Assembly: GCA_918234285.1 (NCBI GenBank)
Contig: CAKJXZ020000010.1
Location: 32,001 to 96,000 of the forward strand
Direction of reading: 5' to 3'
Length of the DNA: 64,000 nt
Source of the DNA: Pseudomonadota bacterium
GTDB lineage: Bacteria; Pseudomonadota; Alphaproteobacteria; RF32; CAG-239
Positions 29,831 to 40,362 of this stretch are shown in pieces. The stretch's first letter is position 1, and each line of letters opens with the position of its first letter. Position numbers and translations under genes: made by a program. The notes below the pieces were generated by a model, which saw nothing but the letters and a program-made list of their open reading frames with translations, searched no databases and was not told where the DNA came from.

Positions 29831-30019
29831 ATGGCAACTAAAAAGAAGACAATAAAAGTTACCAGAACTGGTAGCACAATCGGACGCCCGACTTATCAGG
29901 AAACTAACCTGAGAGGTTTGGGTTTAACCAAAACCGGTCGTACCGTTGAGTTGGAGGATACTCCTTCGGTTCGCGGAATGATTAAGAAGGTGGCCCACTT
30001 AGTCAAGGTTGAAGAATAA
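29831..30019 (+). CDS. rpmD: 50S ribosomal protein L30
   Basis: LRGLGL...[12 protein letters not shown]. Confidence 0.97.
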   Translation: MATKKKTIKVTRTGSTIGRPTYQETNLRGLGLTKTGRTVELEDTPSVRGMIKKVAHLVKVEE

Positions 30020-30022
30020 AAC

Positions 30023-30133
30023 TTGGGGAGAGTGCTAAGAGATTATCATACTTGCAAATTTCTTCCTTGTGTACCGTTTTGTACACGGCGTCAGAAATTA
30101 ACTGCGTAGCATAGTCTCTTATCCCTCTCTTAA
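30023..30133 (+). repeat. Long palindromic element, copy 1 (GTAC-core hairpin)
   Basis: Nested pairs TAAGAGATTAT/ATAGTCTCTTA and AATTTCT/AGAAATT; apex TGTGTAC-CGTTTT-GTACACG. Confidence 0.8.
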
Positions 30134-30180
30134 AAGATTTATTTTAAGACTTGCAGAGAATTTGAAAAAAGGTGAAAGAA

Positions 30181-30633
30181 ATGAAACTTAACGAATTAAA
30201 AGACAACGAAGGCGCTACCAAAAATCGTAAACGCGTAGGTCGCGGTATCGGTTGCGGCAAGGGCAAGACTTGCGGCCTTGGTCACAAAGGTCAAAAGGCT
30301 CGTGCCGGTGGTGCTAAAATGGGATTTGAAGGCGGTCAAATGCCGCTGTATCGTCAGTTGCCGAAGCATGGTTTTAAAAATCCGTTTGCAAAGACTTATG
30401 CCGTTGTAAACTTGGATACCATTCAAAAAGCTATTGACGGCGGCAAGTTGGATGCCAAGTCAATCAATGTTGAATCATTGCTCAGCTCTAACGTGATTTC
30501 TAAGAAGCTGGACGGCATTCGTTTGCTCGCACGCGGTGCAGTGACCAGCAAGATTGAAATCACCGTTAATTCGGCTTCTAAAGCGGCTGTAGAGGCCGTT
30601 GAAAAAGCCGGCGGCAAAGTAAATCTCATCTAG
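30181..30633 (+). CDS. rplO: 50S ribosomal protein L15
   Basis: [22 protein letters not shown]. Confidence 0.99.
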   Translation: MKLNELKDNEGATKNRKRVGRGIGCGKGKTCGLGHKGQKARAGGAKMGFEGGQMPLYRQLPKHGFKNPFAKTYAVVNLDTIQKAIDGGKLDAKSINVESLLSSNVISKKLDGIRLLARGAVTSKIEITVNSASKAAVEAVEKAGGKVNLI

Positions 30634-30745
30634 TTGGCAGCTAATACAAAAATTACGGGTCGGAAGTGTCCTCACGTACCTCTATGTACGCTCCGGTACT
30701 TCCGCCCTTATTTTTTATTATTTGCGCATACTATCTGAGATTTAC
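30619..30745 (+). repeat. Long palindromic element, copy 2 (overlaps rplO stop)
   Basis: GTAAATCTCA/TGAGATTTAC and CGGAAGT/ACTTCCG; apex CGTAC-CTCTAT-GTACG. Confidence 0.85.
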
Positions 30746-30756
30746 ATGGAGATATT

Positions 30757-30788
30757 AAAAGGGAGGTGCGATAAACACCTCCTTTTTT
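30757..30788 (+). terminator. Intrinsic terminator ending the S10-spc operon
   Basis: AAAAGGGAGGTG-loop-CACCTCCTTTTTT. Confidence 0.85.
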
Positions 30789-30845
30789 AATAACATAATA
30801 AAGTAAAAAAACGGTCGGATATTCCGACAGTTTAAGATTTTATCG

Positions 30846-31634
30846 CTAACCGTTTTGTTTTTTATTGGCTTTTATTTGGGCTAAATTTCTGCCCGGCAAC
30901 GCATCACGGCTGACCGTACGTTTTGGTGCTTTTGGTTTTTTAGGAAGCTGTTTATCTTGTTCCATATTTTCATCCGATGGTAATTCGGAAGAAAAAGTAT
31001 AAGTTTCATATCCAAATTCAATTTTTTTACTGCCGTCATTATATATAGCTTGTTCATGTTTTGCTTCAGCATCTTTTGATGTAACGCTCCAAAAACCATC
31101 TTTTTCAATATTTTTAAAGTCTCTGTCGAATTCTTCATATTCAAAATTCTGGGTTGTTTGTTCGTGCGCTTTTGGTTCTTTACGCAGTAATTCTTCTATT
31201 TTTTTATGATTGTCTGTATGATTGTCTTCGTTTGTTGAGCTTAAGAGTGAATCAATTTTTGCTTTAATAGCATTTCTTTCTGCTTGTTCTTCAGTGCTCA
31301 TAACGAATTTTGTTTCCTCTTTACCCAGTCGGACGGTATTCGGCTTCTTTGAGCCTATTTCTTTATACTCAGGATTTGAATAAATCTCACTATGAGTCCA
31401 CATATCGTGAGTTTTGTTCACCGAGGTCAGAACGGAATCCGGAGCACCTTCGGCGCCTTCTTTAAAAACAGAAATGCCTTGTGCACTCATATCTTTAACC
31501 ACTTGCTCGGTTTTACTTTCTTTTTTCTTATTGCTGTCTTCTTCCAACCATTTGTTGATAAAATAGGCTCCGGCGCTGCTTAATACGACTGCGGTCGCAA
31601 CACCGGCGCATAGTTGTTTCAGATTTTTGGCCAT
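30846..31634 (-). CDS. Hypothetical protein with N-terminal membrane anchor, charged body and basic tail
   Basis: AAAGGAG RBS, TTGACA-17-TATTCT promoter, and a hairpin near 30805-30833. Confidence 0.8.
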   Translation of the reverse strand: MAKNLKQLCAGVATAVVLSSAGAYFINKWLEEDSNKKKESKTEQVVKDMSAQGISVFKEGAEGAPDSVLTSVNKTHDMWTHSEIYSNPEYKEIGSKKPNTVRLGKEETKFVMSTEEQAERNAIKAKIDSLLSSTNEDNHTDNHKKIEELLRKEPKAHEQTTQNFEYEEFDRDFKNIEKDGFWSVTSKDAEAKHEQAIYNDGSKKIEFGYETYTFSSELPSDENMEQDKQLPKKPKAPKRTVSRDALPGRNLAQIKANKKQNG

Positions 31635-31782
31635 GGCGATTCTCCTTTGTAAAATACCTCTATTGATTAAAGAATAGAGGTAAAAATAAGTTTTGTCAAT
31701 ATATTTTTACAGAGGTAATACAAGCGGATTTATACGCAATTAGCGAGCTGGCGCAGTGTAATTTCGGCGGTGTAGAATATAT

Positions 31783-31890
31783 AAAAATACGGATAATGTG
31801 ATAAATACGACGAAAGCCTTTTCTCGAGGTGTACAACAATGGTACATAAGAGAAAAGGCTTTCAGGTAGTTATCCGTTATACGGATTTTT
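31783..31890 (-). repeat. Long palindromic element, copy 3 (abuts rpoA stop)
   Basis: Perfect 14-bp stem GAAAGCCTTTTCTC/GAGAAAAGGCTTTC; apex on the minus strand TGTAC-CATTGTT-GTACA; outer imperfect pairs. Confidence 0.8.
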
Positions 31891-32900
31891 TAGAATTGAT
31901 CTGAGGTACGTTTAATCAAATCCTCAATATTCTCCGGCGGCCAACCCGGTGTATCCATACCTAAGTGGATACCCATCTTAGCCAACACTTCTTTGATTTC
32001 GTTCAAAGACTTACGACCGAAGTTCGGTGTACGCAACATTTCTGCTTCCGTCTTTTGAACCAAATCGCCGATGTAAACGATATTGTCATTTTTCAAGCAG
32101 TTAGCCGAACGAACAGAAAGTTCAAGCTCATCAACCTTACGCAACAGGTTCTTGTTGAACGGCAATTCCTCACGAATATCTTCAACTTCGCTTTCCGGTT
32201 CATCAAAGTTAATGAACGGCTTAAGCTGATCTTGCAGAATGCGAGCTGCCAAAGCAACCGCATCTTCCGGAGAAACAACACCATTTGTTTCAACAATCAT
32301 AGTCAGCTTATCGTAGTCCATAGCTTGATTAACGCGGGTGTTTTCAACCTTATAAGAAACTTTCTTAACCGGAGAATAAATCGCGTCAACATTAATCAGA
32401 CCGATAGGCGAATCGCTGGTCATGTTGGTAGAAGCCGGAACGTAGCCCTTACCGGTAGTAACGGTCAATTCCATATTGATTTTAGCACCGGCATCAAGCG
32501 TGCAGATAATGTGATCCGGATTCATGATTTCAACATCATGACCGGTTTCAATCATCGCTGCAGTGACAACGCACGGACCTTCAGCCTTTAATGTCAGTGT
32601 TTTAGCCGATTCGCTGTGAACGGCAACCGCTAATTCCTTAACATTCAATACGATATCGGTTACATCTTCCATTACGCCTGGAATAACCGAAAATTCATGT
32701 AATACGCCGTCTATTTTAATAGCGGAAACAGCGCCGCCCTGTAACGAGGACAACAAAACCCGACGCAAAGCATTACCGAGCGTCAGACCGAAGCCTCTTT
32801 CTAAAGGTTCAACCACAATTTTAGCTTTGTTTGTGCCTTCTGTTTGAGACACATCCAACTTTGTTGGTTTAATCAATTCTTGCCAATTCTTTTGAATCAC
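31890..32900 (-). CDS. rpoA: RNA polymerase alpha subunit
   Basis: [40 protein letters not shown]; GTG start. Confidence 0.99.
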   Translation of the reverse strand: MIQKNWQELIKPTKLDVSQTEGTNKAKIVVEPLERGFGLTLGNALRRVLLSSLQGGAVSAIKIDGVLHEFSVIPGVMEDVTDIVLNVKELAVAVHSESAKTLTLKAEGPCVVTAAMIETGHDVEIMNPDHIICTLDAGAKINMELTVTTGKGYVPASTNMTSDSPIGLINVDAIYSPVKKVSYKVENTRVNQAMDYDKLTMIVETNGVVSPEDAVALAARILQDQLKPFINFDEPESEVEDIREELPFNKNLLRKVDELELSVRSANCLKNDNIVYIGDLVQKTEAEMLRTPNFGRKSLNEIKEVLAKMGIHLGMDTPGWPPENIEDLIKRTSDQF

Positions 32901-32988
32901 GGGTTTAATCCTTTTCTTTAGAAGTTATATATGCATATATTTTAAGCACGACGACAGGCCTGATTCGGCCTGTGTCGTAAAATAAAAA

Positions 32989-33378
32989 CTAGACGCGGCG
33001 TCTTTTTCTCAAACGGCAACCGTTGTGCGGAATAGGCGTTACATCGCGAATCGAAGTAATGGTAAAACCGATAACCTGCAATGCTCTGATTGCGGATTCT
33101 CTGCCCGAACCCGGACCTTTTACTTCAACTTCCAATGTTTTCATGCCGTTTTCCTGAGCCTTTTTACCGGCTTCTTCGGCAGCTACCTGAGCAGCGTACG
33201 GAGTAGACTTTCTCGAACCTTTAAAACCCTGAGCGCCGGCTGTTGACCAAGAAACGGTATTGCCTTGAGCATCAGCGATGGTAACTCTTGTATTGTTAAA
33301 AGAAGAATCGATGTGAGCCACACCCGAAGTAATATTCTTTTTTTCTTTCTTTTTTCTTTGAATTGTTGCTTTAGCCAT
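32989..33378 (-). CDS. rpsK: 30S ribosomal protein S11
   Basis: [24 protein letters not shown]. Confidence 0.99.
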   Translation of the reverse strand: MAKATIQRKKKEKKNITSGVAHIDSSFNNTRVTIADAQGNTVSWSTAGAQGFKGSRKSTPYAAQVAAEEAGKKAQENGMKTLEVEVKGPGSGRESAIRALQVIGFTITSIRDVTPIPHNGCRLRKRRRV

Positions 33379-33392
33379 TTGCACTCACCCCA

Positions 33393-33761
33393 CTATTTCT
33401 TCTTGTTCGCAATGGTTTTACGTTTACCTTTACGGGTACGAGCATTTTGTTTGGTGCTCTGACCGCGTACCGGCAGACCTTTACGATGTCTTAAACCACG
33501 ATAGCAACCCAAATCCATCAATCTCTTGATGTTGGTACCGACTTCACGGCGAAGTTCACCTTCAACCAGATAATCGCTATCGATAACTTCACGAATCTTC
33601 ATTACTTCATCATCGGATAAATCGTTAACGCGACGGTTAAGATCGATTCCGGACTTAGAGCAAATGTCTTGAGCAGACTTGCGTCCAATGCCGAAGATAT
33701 AAGTCAGTGCGACTTCAATTCTCTTGGCACTTGGAATATTTACACCAGCTATACGAGCCAA
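33393..33761 (-). CDS. rpsM: 30S ribosomal protein S13
   Basis: ARIAGV, YRGLRH..GLPVRGQ; TTG start. Confidence 0.99.
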   Translation of the reverse strand: MARIAGVNIPSAKRIEVALTYIFGIGRKSAQDICSKSGIDLNRRVNDLSDDEVMKIREVIDSDYLVEGELRREVGTNIKRLMDLGCYRGLRHRKGLPVRGQSTKQNARTRKGKRKTIANKKK

Positions 33762-33830
33762 ATTTAATCTCCATTATTTAATAAATTAAAACATTCAAAA
33801 AGTTGATCACCACTTTTCAAAATTAAGCGG

Positions 33831-33859
33831 ATTATAGGCACGATATTTATCAGAGTCAA
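33831..33859 (-). promoter_or_regulatory. Sigma70 promoter of rpsM-rpsK-rpoA
   Basis: Minus strand TTGACT-17 nt-TATAAT then CCGC. Confidence 0.75.
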
Positions 33860-33944
33860 CACCTTTTTGTAAAAAAATTGAATTTTTTTTGCGATTTTAA
33901 CGATTTTTTAAAAAACACCGCGAAAAACGCCGGTTTTAGGGCAA

Positions 33945-34625
33945 TTACCTATCGTCTTCCAAACCGAGTACGTCGCTTATTTTGCGGCTGACTGCATCGA
34001 TAGTGCCGGTACCGTCTACTGTTTTGAGCAAACCACGCTTTTCAAAAAAAGGAATAGTCGGGTAAGTAAGCAAACGATAGTTAATTAGGCGATTCTGCAC
34101 GGTTGTACGGTTATCATCTTTACGGCGAGCGAATTCCGTGCCGCCGCAAACGTCGCAAACTCCGTAAATTTGCGGTTTTTGAAACTTATCGTGATAGCCG
34201 GCGCCGCATTTCATGCAGGCATAACGCCCTAAAATACGTTCCATGATGATTTCATCCGGTACTTGAATTTCTAAAACCGCCGACAGCTTAATATTCTGTT
34301 CGGCCACCAAATCTTCCAAAACCTCGGCTTGCGGCAGAGTACGCGGAAAACCGTCCAAAATAAAGCCGTGTGCGCAGTCCGGCTCGGATATGCGGCTTTT
34401 TACCATTTCGATAATCATTTCGTCATTAGCAAATTCACCGCGCTCAAGTGTTGCTTTCAGTTCACGTCCGAGCGGCGTATCTTTTTCGGCAAACTGGCGC
34501 AGCATTTCGCCGGTAGATAAGTGCGCAATATGAGTCTTTTCTTTTAAAATACGAGCCTGTGTACCTTTGCCGCAACCGGGAGCACCGGTAAATACAACAA
34601 ACAGACCTTCTTTGGCGTGCGTCAT
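33945..34625 (-). CDS. adk: Adenylate kinase (Zn-lid type)
   Basis: GAPGCGKGTQ, FILDGFPRT, CxxC...CxxC lid. Confidence 0.97.
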   Translation of the reverse strand: MTHAKEGLFVVFTGAPGCGKGTQARILKEKTHIAHLSTGEMLRQFAEKDTPLGRELKATLERGEFANDEMIIEMVKSRISEPDCAHGFILDGFPRTLPQAEVLEDLVAEQNIKLSAVLEIQVPDEIIMERILGRYACMKCGAGYHDKFQKPQIYGVCDVCGGTEFARRKDDNRTTVQNRLINYRLLTYPTIPFFEKRGLLKTVDGTGTIDAVSRKISDVLGLEDDR

Positions 34626-34628
34626 CGT

Positions 34629-35978
34629 TTAACGGTTCTTCTTACTGATTAATGCCGCCTTTTTGAGCAAACCTTCGTATTGGTAGGCAATTAAGTGCGA
34701 TTGAACCTGATTTACGAAATCCATGGTAACCTGGACCACGATAAGCAGGGTAGTGCCGCCCAAAACAAACGGAACACCGACTCGGCTGATTAAAATTTCC
34801 GGCAAAATGCAGAGGCAGACCAAATAAACGGAAGCTACCATCGTCAGACGCGTAATTACGTAGTCGAGATATTCTGCGGTATTTTTACCCGGACGAATAC
34901 CTGCGATAAAGCCACCGTGTTTCTTCAGGTTTTCAGCGGTTTCTTCCGGATTAAATACCACGCCGGTGTAGAAAAACGTAAAGAACAGGATTAAGAAGGC
35001 ATATAAAGCCAAATACAACGGCTGACCATGACCGAGTAACTGGCTCAAAGTTTGTACCCAACCCGGACCTTGTTCGGCCGAAAGATTGGCTATCGTAATC
35101 GGCAACAACAGCAAAGAGCTGGCAAAAATCGGCGGAATAACACCGGTCGGGTTAATTTTCAGCGGCAAGTGCGAACTGTCGGCTGCAGTTATGCGCATCC
35201 CCATTTGGCGCTTCGGATATTGAATCACGATACGACGTTGTGCGCGCTCAACAAACACGATGACATAGATAAGAGCTAAAGCCATAATCAGCAGCATAAT
35301 GATGGTGCCGAAAGACATTTGACCGGCACGACCTAATTCAAAAGTCTGCGCTAAAGCGTTCGGAATGTTGGCAATAATACCTACCGTAATGATAAGTGAC
35401 GAACCGTTGCCGACGCCGCGCTGGGTGATTTGATCACCGAGCCAAACGATAAACATGGTGCCGCCAACCAAAGATACGATGGTCGAAAACTTAAATGCAA
35501 AGCTAGGAATCAATACAGCGGAAGCACCGTTGGCACCGGAAATGCTCAGCAAACCGACGGCAATACCGTAACCTTGAATAATCGTAATCAAAACCGTCAG
35601 CATCTTGGTGTAGTGTACGATTTTGCGGTGTCCGGCTTCACCTTCTTTTTTGAGAGCTTGCAAAGACGGAATAACCGACTGTCCGAGCTGAATGATAATG
35701 GATGCGGAAATGTAAGGCATAATGTTGAGGGCAAAAATCGTCATACGCTCCAACGCACCGCCGGAAAACATATTGAACATACCTAAAATACCACCCGAGT
35801 TACGGCTGAACATTTCAGCCAAAACGCCGGCATTAATACCCGGAAGCGGGATAAACGTTCCCAAACGGAACACGATTAATGCCATAACGGTAAACCATAA
35901 TCTTTTCTTAAGTTCTTCAGCCTTACCAAAGGCAGACATATCTAAGCCTGCTGCCATTTTTTCTGCTAACGAAGCCAT
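34629..35978 (-). CDS. secY: Preprotein translocase SecY
   Basis: IMPYISASII, GVGNGSS, GIRPGKNT, GGTTLLIVV. Confidence 0.99.
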   Translation of the reverse strand: MASLAEKMAAGLDMSAFGKAEELKKRLWFTVMALIVFRLGTFIPLPGINAGVLAEMFSRNSGGILGMFNMFSGGALERMTIFALNIMPYISASIIIQLGQSVIPSLQALKKEGEAGHRKIVHYTKMLTVLITIIQGYGIAVGLLSISGANGASAVLIPSFAFKFSTIVSLVGGTMFIVWLGDQITQRGVGNGSSLIITVGIIANIPNALAQTFELGRAGQMSFGTIIMLLIMALALIYVIVFVERAQRRIVIQYPKRQMGMRITAADSSHLPLKINPTGVIPPIFASSLLLLPITIANLSAEQGPGWVQTLSQLLGHGQPLYLALYAFLILFFTFFYTGVVFNPEETAENLKKHGGFIAGIRPGKNTAEYLDYVITRLTMVASVYLVCLCILPEILISRVGVPFVLGGTTLLIVVQVTMDFVNQVQSHLIAYQYEGLLKKAALISKKNR

Positions 35979-36207
35979 TTTATCATCCTTTAAAAAATTT
36001 AAAACCAAATAAGGGGCACTTTTTGCCCATTGCCGATAATTTAATACATAAAAATAAAATTAATGCAACAAAAATTTGTTTATCCTCAATATTTTGTTGA
36101 TGACAAGCGAATCGGCATGATTAAAAGAGGATTTTTGTTATGTGTGGCAATTATTCCCGTTCATCGGGGTTGCGTTTTTTGAACACGGTAAATTCGGCTT
36201 TAAAGTT

Positions 36208-36942
36208 TTATTTAATTTCTTGAGTATATTTCTTTTTAATTATTTTTACGATGTCATTGACCTCAACGGACTTTGTATCGTCGGTTGTTTTTTGCTTTTG
36301 CATCTTAGCTATACGATTTTTGACCATTTCAAAAGTTTGCGGTTGCATACTCTTTTCATCGATTTTTTGGCGGCTGCGGGTTTTTTGAGTTGTTTGAACG
36401 GAAACACCGCCTTTGCTTAAAGAGGCGAGTTGTTTTTCTTTTTGGGCGTTTTCGTATTCGGTTGAAGCGCTGACGGCATAACCGATGGCGCAAGCCGCAT
36501 AAGAACAAGCCAGATAAGCGGGTAGTCCGGTTGCCGCGGCGGAAACCGCCAAACCGCCGGTTAAAGCCGCAAAACCGGACGACAGTAGAATCTCAAATTT
36601 TTTCTTTTTAGGGAGTTCGCGCCATTTATCGCGGAATTTTGTTTTTCCCGAATCGGTTAAATCTTTTAATGCGGCCAAAGATGCTTTAGGATTTCTGTTA
36701 AGTTCGGAATTGAGTTTGGCTGATGAGTGGCTGGAAAGGGCTGCCATTGACATACCCAAAAAGCCGATGAGAGGACCGCCGCAATATTGCGCAACTAAGG
36801 CAGACGGTGCTAGTGCCGGCGCCACGGCCGCAACCAACCCGCCGACGGTCATACCGCCCCACAACAGGGCATTTGCTCCCCAAAAGGCAACGCTTCGTTT
36901 ATCTTCGGTGGAAAATTTTTTCCAGTTATCCTTAAAACTCAA
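36208..36942 (-). CDS. Hypothetical membrane protein with two related hydrophobic modules
   Basis: TTG start with GAGGAG RBS; upstream TTGACA on the minus strand near 37004-37009. Confidence 0.75.
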   Translation of the reverse strand: MSFKDNWKKFSTEDKRSVAFWGANALLWGGMTVGGLVAAVAPALAPSALVAQYCGGPLIGFLGMSMAALSSHSSAKLNSELNRNPKASLAALKDLTDSGKTKFRDKWRELPKKKKFEILLSSGFAALTGGLAVSAAATGLPAYLACSYAACAIGYAVSASTEYENAQKEKQLASLSKGGVSVQTTQKTRSRQKIDEKSMQPQTFEMVKNRIAKMQKQKTTDDTKSVEVNDIVKIIKKKYTQEIK

Positions 36943-37025
36943 TACTTAGCTCCTCGTCCACATAATCATTAATCGAACGTATCCTACACCTTTTTGCGGG
37001 TTTTGTCAATCGCTTTTATTTGCAA

Positions 37026-37054
37026 TAAAAAACCCCGACCGAAGTCAGGGCTTT
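37026..37054 (-). terminator. alaS terminator
   Basis: Minus-strand hairpin CCCTGAC-TTCG-GTCGGGG followed by a T tract. Confidence 0.75.
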
Positions 37055-37062
37055 ATTTGTTT

Positions 37063-39693
37063 TTATGCAACCATTTGTTTTATGGCGGCAATGGCATCGC
37101 TTATTTTTTCTACATCGGTGCCGCCGGCCTGTGCCATATCGGGACGTCCGCCGCCACCCTGACCGCCGAGAACACCGGCCGCTGCCCGCACCATATCAAC
37201 CGCGTTATATTTGCCGGTCAAGTCTTTGCTGACCCCGACAACTACCGAGGCTTTGCCGTCTTTATCAGAGCACAAAACCACCACACCGGAGCCGATTTTT
37301 TGCGTAATATCGTCAACAAATGCCTTCAGTTCTTTCGGGTGGGCATCCGGTACCAATTTGCCGACAAATTTAACACCGTTAACGGTTTCTACCTCGTCTT
37401 TAGCCGAAGATTGACCACCGGCCAGACTTCTCTTTAAATTAAAGATTTCAGCTTCAAGTTTTTTGCGTTCTTCAAGCAATCCGGCGATTCTGGCTTCCAA
37501 ATCATTTATATTGGTTTTCAAGCCGTTGGCCGCCGCATGCAACTTATCTTCCAAAAAGCGTACATAAGAATCCGCACCGCAACCGGTTACACATTCCAAA
37601 CGGCGTACACCGGCTGCCACGGCAGATTCCGATAAAATATGGAAGTAGCCGATATTGCCGGTAGAGCTGACGTGAGTTCCGCCGCAAAGTTCGCGTGAGA
37701 ACGGGGCTTTTTCATCGCCCATGGTAACCACGCGCACATCTTCACCGTATTTCTCGTCAAACAAAGCCATGGCACCGAGGGCAACCGCTTCGTCTTTATT
37801 CATAATCACGGTGTTGACTTTCAAATCGTTGCGAATTTGCTCGTTGACGATATCTTCTACCTTGCGGATTTGTTCGGTAGTAATCTGTTTCGGGTGAGAA
37901 ATATCAAAACGCATTCTACCGGCTTCAACCGCCGAACCTTTTTGTGCCACGTGGTCACCCAACACGATTTTTAAAGCTTTATGAGCCAAGTGGGTTACCG
38001 AGTGGTTGGCACAAATTTGCGAGCGATTTTCTCTGTTGACCTCAAAGTTGGCAAATTCACCGACTTTTACCGTACCGCTCTGCAATTCACAGACATGAGC
38101 ATATAAATCGTTCAACTTGGGTTTGCAATCGATGACCTTGGCGGTAAAGTTTTTGGATACGATTGTGCCGATATCGCCGACTTGGCCGCCGCGTTCGGCA
38201 TAAAACGGAGTTTGGTTGGCTACCAACTCGAATTTACCGGAAGTTATTTCGTTTACTTCTTTGTCATCTTGTACCAAAGCTTTGATTTCGCCATCGGTTT
38301 TTAAGGTGTTGTAGCCCAAAAATTCGGTAGCACCGCATTTATCTTTGATACCGTACCAAACTTTGGCCACACCTTCGTCGCCGGAGCCGGCCCAGTTTTT
38401 ACGCGCTTCGGCTTTTTGTTTTTCCATGCAGGCATTGAAGCCTTCGACATCAACTTCGAGATTTCTGCCCTTGAGCGCATCCTGAGTCAAATCAAGCGGA
38501 AAACCGTAAGTATCATAGAGTCTGAACGCGGTTTCGCCGCTGAGTTTGGCACCGGAAGACAGTTTAGAAATTTCATCATCAAGCAGCTTCAAACCTTTAT
38601 CTAAGGTGCGACCGAAACGTTCTTCTTCGATTTCGATGGTTTCTTTAATCAGAGTTTCACGAGCATAAAGTTCCGGATAGGCATCGCCCATTTCTTTCTG
38701 CAGTGTCGGCAACAGCTTATAAATCATCGGCTCTTTGACACCGAGCATATAGGCGTGGCGCATGGCACGACGCATAATGCGGCGTAATACATAGCCGCGA
38801 CCCTCATTGGACGGCAACACCCCGTCGGCGATTAAAAAGCTGATGGCGCGCAGATGGTCGGCAATTACGTTGTGGGAAGCCTTGAGCGGGCCGTTCGGGT
38901 CGGTATTGGCAATATCGGCAATTGCTTTAATCAGGTGTTGGAACATATCGGTTTCAAAGTTGGAGTGAACACCCTGCAAAATTGCGGCAATGCGTTCCAA
39001 ACCCATACCGGTATCGATTGACGGGCGTTTTAAGTTGATGCGCGAGCCGTCCGGTAAATCTTCAAATTGGTCAAATACGAGGTTCCAAATTTCAATAAAT
39101 CGGTCGCCGTCTTCTTCCGGAGTCCCCGGCAGACCGCCCCAAACCTCCGGACCATGGTCATAAAAAATTTCGGAACACGGACCGCACGGGCCGGTATCGC
39201 CCATTTGCCAGAAGTTATCTTTGGTGGCAATACGGATAATACGGTCTTCCGGCAAGCCGGAAACCTTCTTCCAGATATCGTGTGCTTCGTCGTCGTTATG
39301 ATAAATCGTAACCGCCAGCTTTTCTTTCGGCAGGCCGAATTCTTTGGTCAGCAATTCCCATGCGTACGGAATGGCGTAATCTTTGAAATAATCGCCAAAC
39401 GAAAAGTTACCGAGCATTTCGAAAAACGTATGGTGGCGTACATCGTAACCCACACTGTCCAAATCGTTGTGTTTGCCGCCGGCGCGCACGCTTTTTTGTG
39501 CGGTGGCCGCTCGGGTATAATCGCGGGTTTCGTTGCCGGCCAGAATGTTTTTAAACTGTACCATGCCGGAATTGGTAAACATCAAAGTCGGATCGTTATC
39601 CGGCACCAAAGATGATGACGGAACTATTTTGTGGCCGTTTTTCTCGAAATAATCGAGGAACGTTTTGCGAATTTCATTTACACCGATTGTCAT
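37063..39693 (-). CDS. alaS: Alanine--tRNA ligase
   Basis: [55 protein letters not shown]. Confidence 0.99.
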   Translation of the reverse strand: MTIGVNEIRKTFLDYFEKNGHKIVPSSSLVPDNDPTLMFTNSGMVQFKNILAGNETRDYTRAATAQKSVRAGGKHNDLDSVGYDVRHHTFFEMLGNFSFGDYFKDYAIPYAWELLTKEFGLPKEKLAVTIYHNDDEAHDIWKKVSGLPEDRIIRIATKDNFWQMGDTGPCGPCSEIFYDHGPEVWGGLPGTPEEDGDRFIEIWNLVFDQFEDLPDGSRINLKRPSIDTGMGLERIAAILQGVHSNFETDMFQHLIKAIADIANTDPNGPLKASHNVIADHLRAISFLIADGVLPSNEGRGYVLRRIMRRAMRHAYMLGVKEPMIYKLLPTLQKEMGDAYPELYARETLIKETIEIEEERFGRTLDKGLKLLDDEISKLSSGAKLSGETAFRLYDTYGFPLDLTQDALKGRNLEVDVEGFNACMEKQKAEARKNWAGSGDEGVAKVWYGIKDKCGATEFLGYNTLKTDGEIKALVQDDKEVNEITSGKFELVANQTPFYAERGGQVGDIGTIVSKNFTAKVIDCKPKLNDLYAHVCELQSGTVKVGEFANFEVNRENRSQICANHSVTHLAHKALKIVLGDHVAQKGSAVEAGRMRFDISHPKQITTEQIRKVEDIVNEQIRNDLKVNTVIMNKDEAVALGAMALFDEKYGEDVRVVTMGDEKAPFSRELCGGTHVSSTGNIGYFHILSESAVAAGVRRLECVTGCGADSYVRFLEDKLHAAANGLKTNINDLEARIAGLLEERKKLEAEIFNLKRSLAGGQSSAKDEVETVNGVKFVGKLVPDAHPKELKAFVDDITQKIGSGVVVLCSDKDGKASVVVGVSKDLTGKYNAVDMVRAAAGVLGGQGGGGRPDMAQAGGTDVEKISDAIAAIKQMVA

Positions 39694-39836
39694 TTTATTT
39701 CCTTAATTTTAAGCTTAAAATTTTCTCACTGACGCGCAGATTATAACAAACTTTGGCGCTTGTCTATATTTATTTACAAAAAAATATTGACAAATTACAC
39801 AAATGCGCTATAAAACCGTCAACAAATCTTATGATT

Positions 39837-40322
39837 ATGGTAAAAAGAATAATTATTTTGGCAGTTTGCTTTATGCTCTCTGCCGTCGCCGCTTCCGCTC
39901 AGCGCGACAAGTTTTTTATTGAGCGTGATTCAGTGAAAATTGCCGTAAAGGACGCCCCGAGGTCTGAACATCAGCGTTTTTTGTACGGTCTGTACAAAGA
40001 CGGTAAAGAGCTTCTTCCCATGGTTTATGATATGGTTGAGGAGCGCTCCGTTAAGCTGATGGCCTTCTTTAAGGATACGGAGATTTTGGTCTACGACACA
40101 GACGGAACTTTGGTAGACAAAGCTGTTTTGGAGTTCCCGATTGATCGCCACTCCTTTGTGCGATTTGAGGAAATTGATGGCCGCCGCGGTATAAGCGCGT
40201 ATGAGCTGGTGGTATATTACAACGACAACGATTGGATATATCAACCCATAGGCACTTACTACCGGAAAGGTCGCCATCTCTACAGAGTTATCATTACCAC
40301 CGAATTGGAGCTGATAAAGTAA
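39837..40322 (+). CDS. Hypothetical secreted protein
   Basis: Sec signal MVKRIIILAVCFMLSAVAASA; TTGACA at 39787; has its own terminator. Confidence 0.75.
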   Translation: MVKRIIILAVCFMLSAVAASAQRDKFFIERDSVKIAVKDAPRSEHQRFLYGLYKDGKELLPMVYDMVEERSVKLMAFFKDTEILVYDTDGTLVDKAVLEFPIDRHSFVRFEEIDGRRGISAYELVVYYNDNDWIYQPIGTYYRKGRHLYRVIITTELELIK

Positions 40323-40326
40323 GGAT

Positions 40327-40362
40327 AAAAGGTCGGAGTTGCTTCCGACCTTTTGTTTTTTT
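40327..40362 (+). terminator. Intrinsic terminator
   Basis: AAAAGGTCGGA-loop-TCCGACCTTTT. Confidence 0.8.

Noticed and set aside
32948-32978. Hairpin between rpsK and rpoA (a similar one lies between rpsJ and rplC)
   Set aside because: Short, with no GTAC core; treated as ordinary intra-operon stem-loops.
21230-39615. Many antisense or alternate-frame ORFs over ribosomal genes, rpoA, secY and alaS
   Set aside because: Shadows of strongly conserved genes, with no RBS or recognisable motifs.
39975-40002. TTGTAC-GGTCT-GTACAA hairpin resembling the palindrome apex
   Set aside because: Lacks the CTYRY and RCNNCG flanks and long arms, and lies inside a CDS; probably chance.
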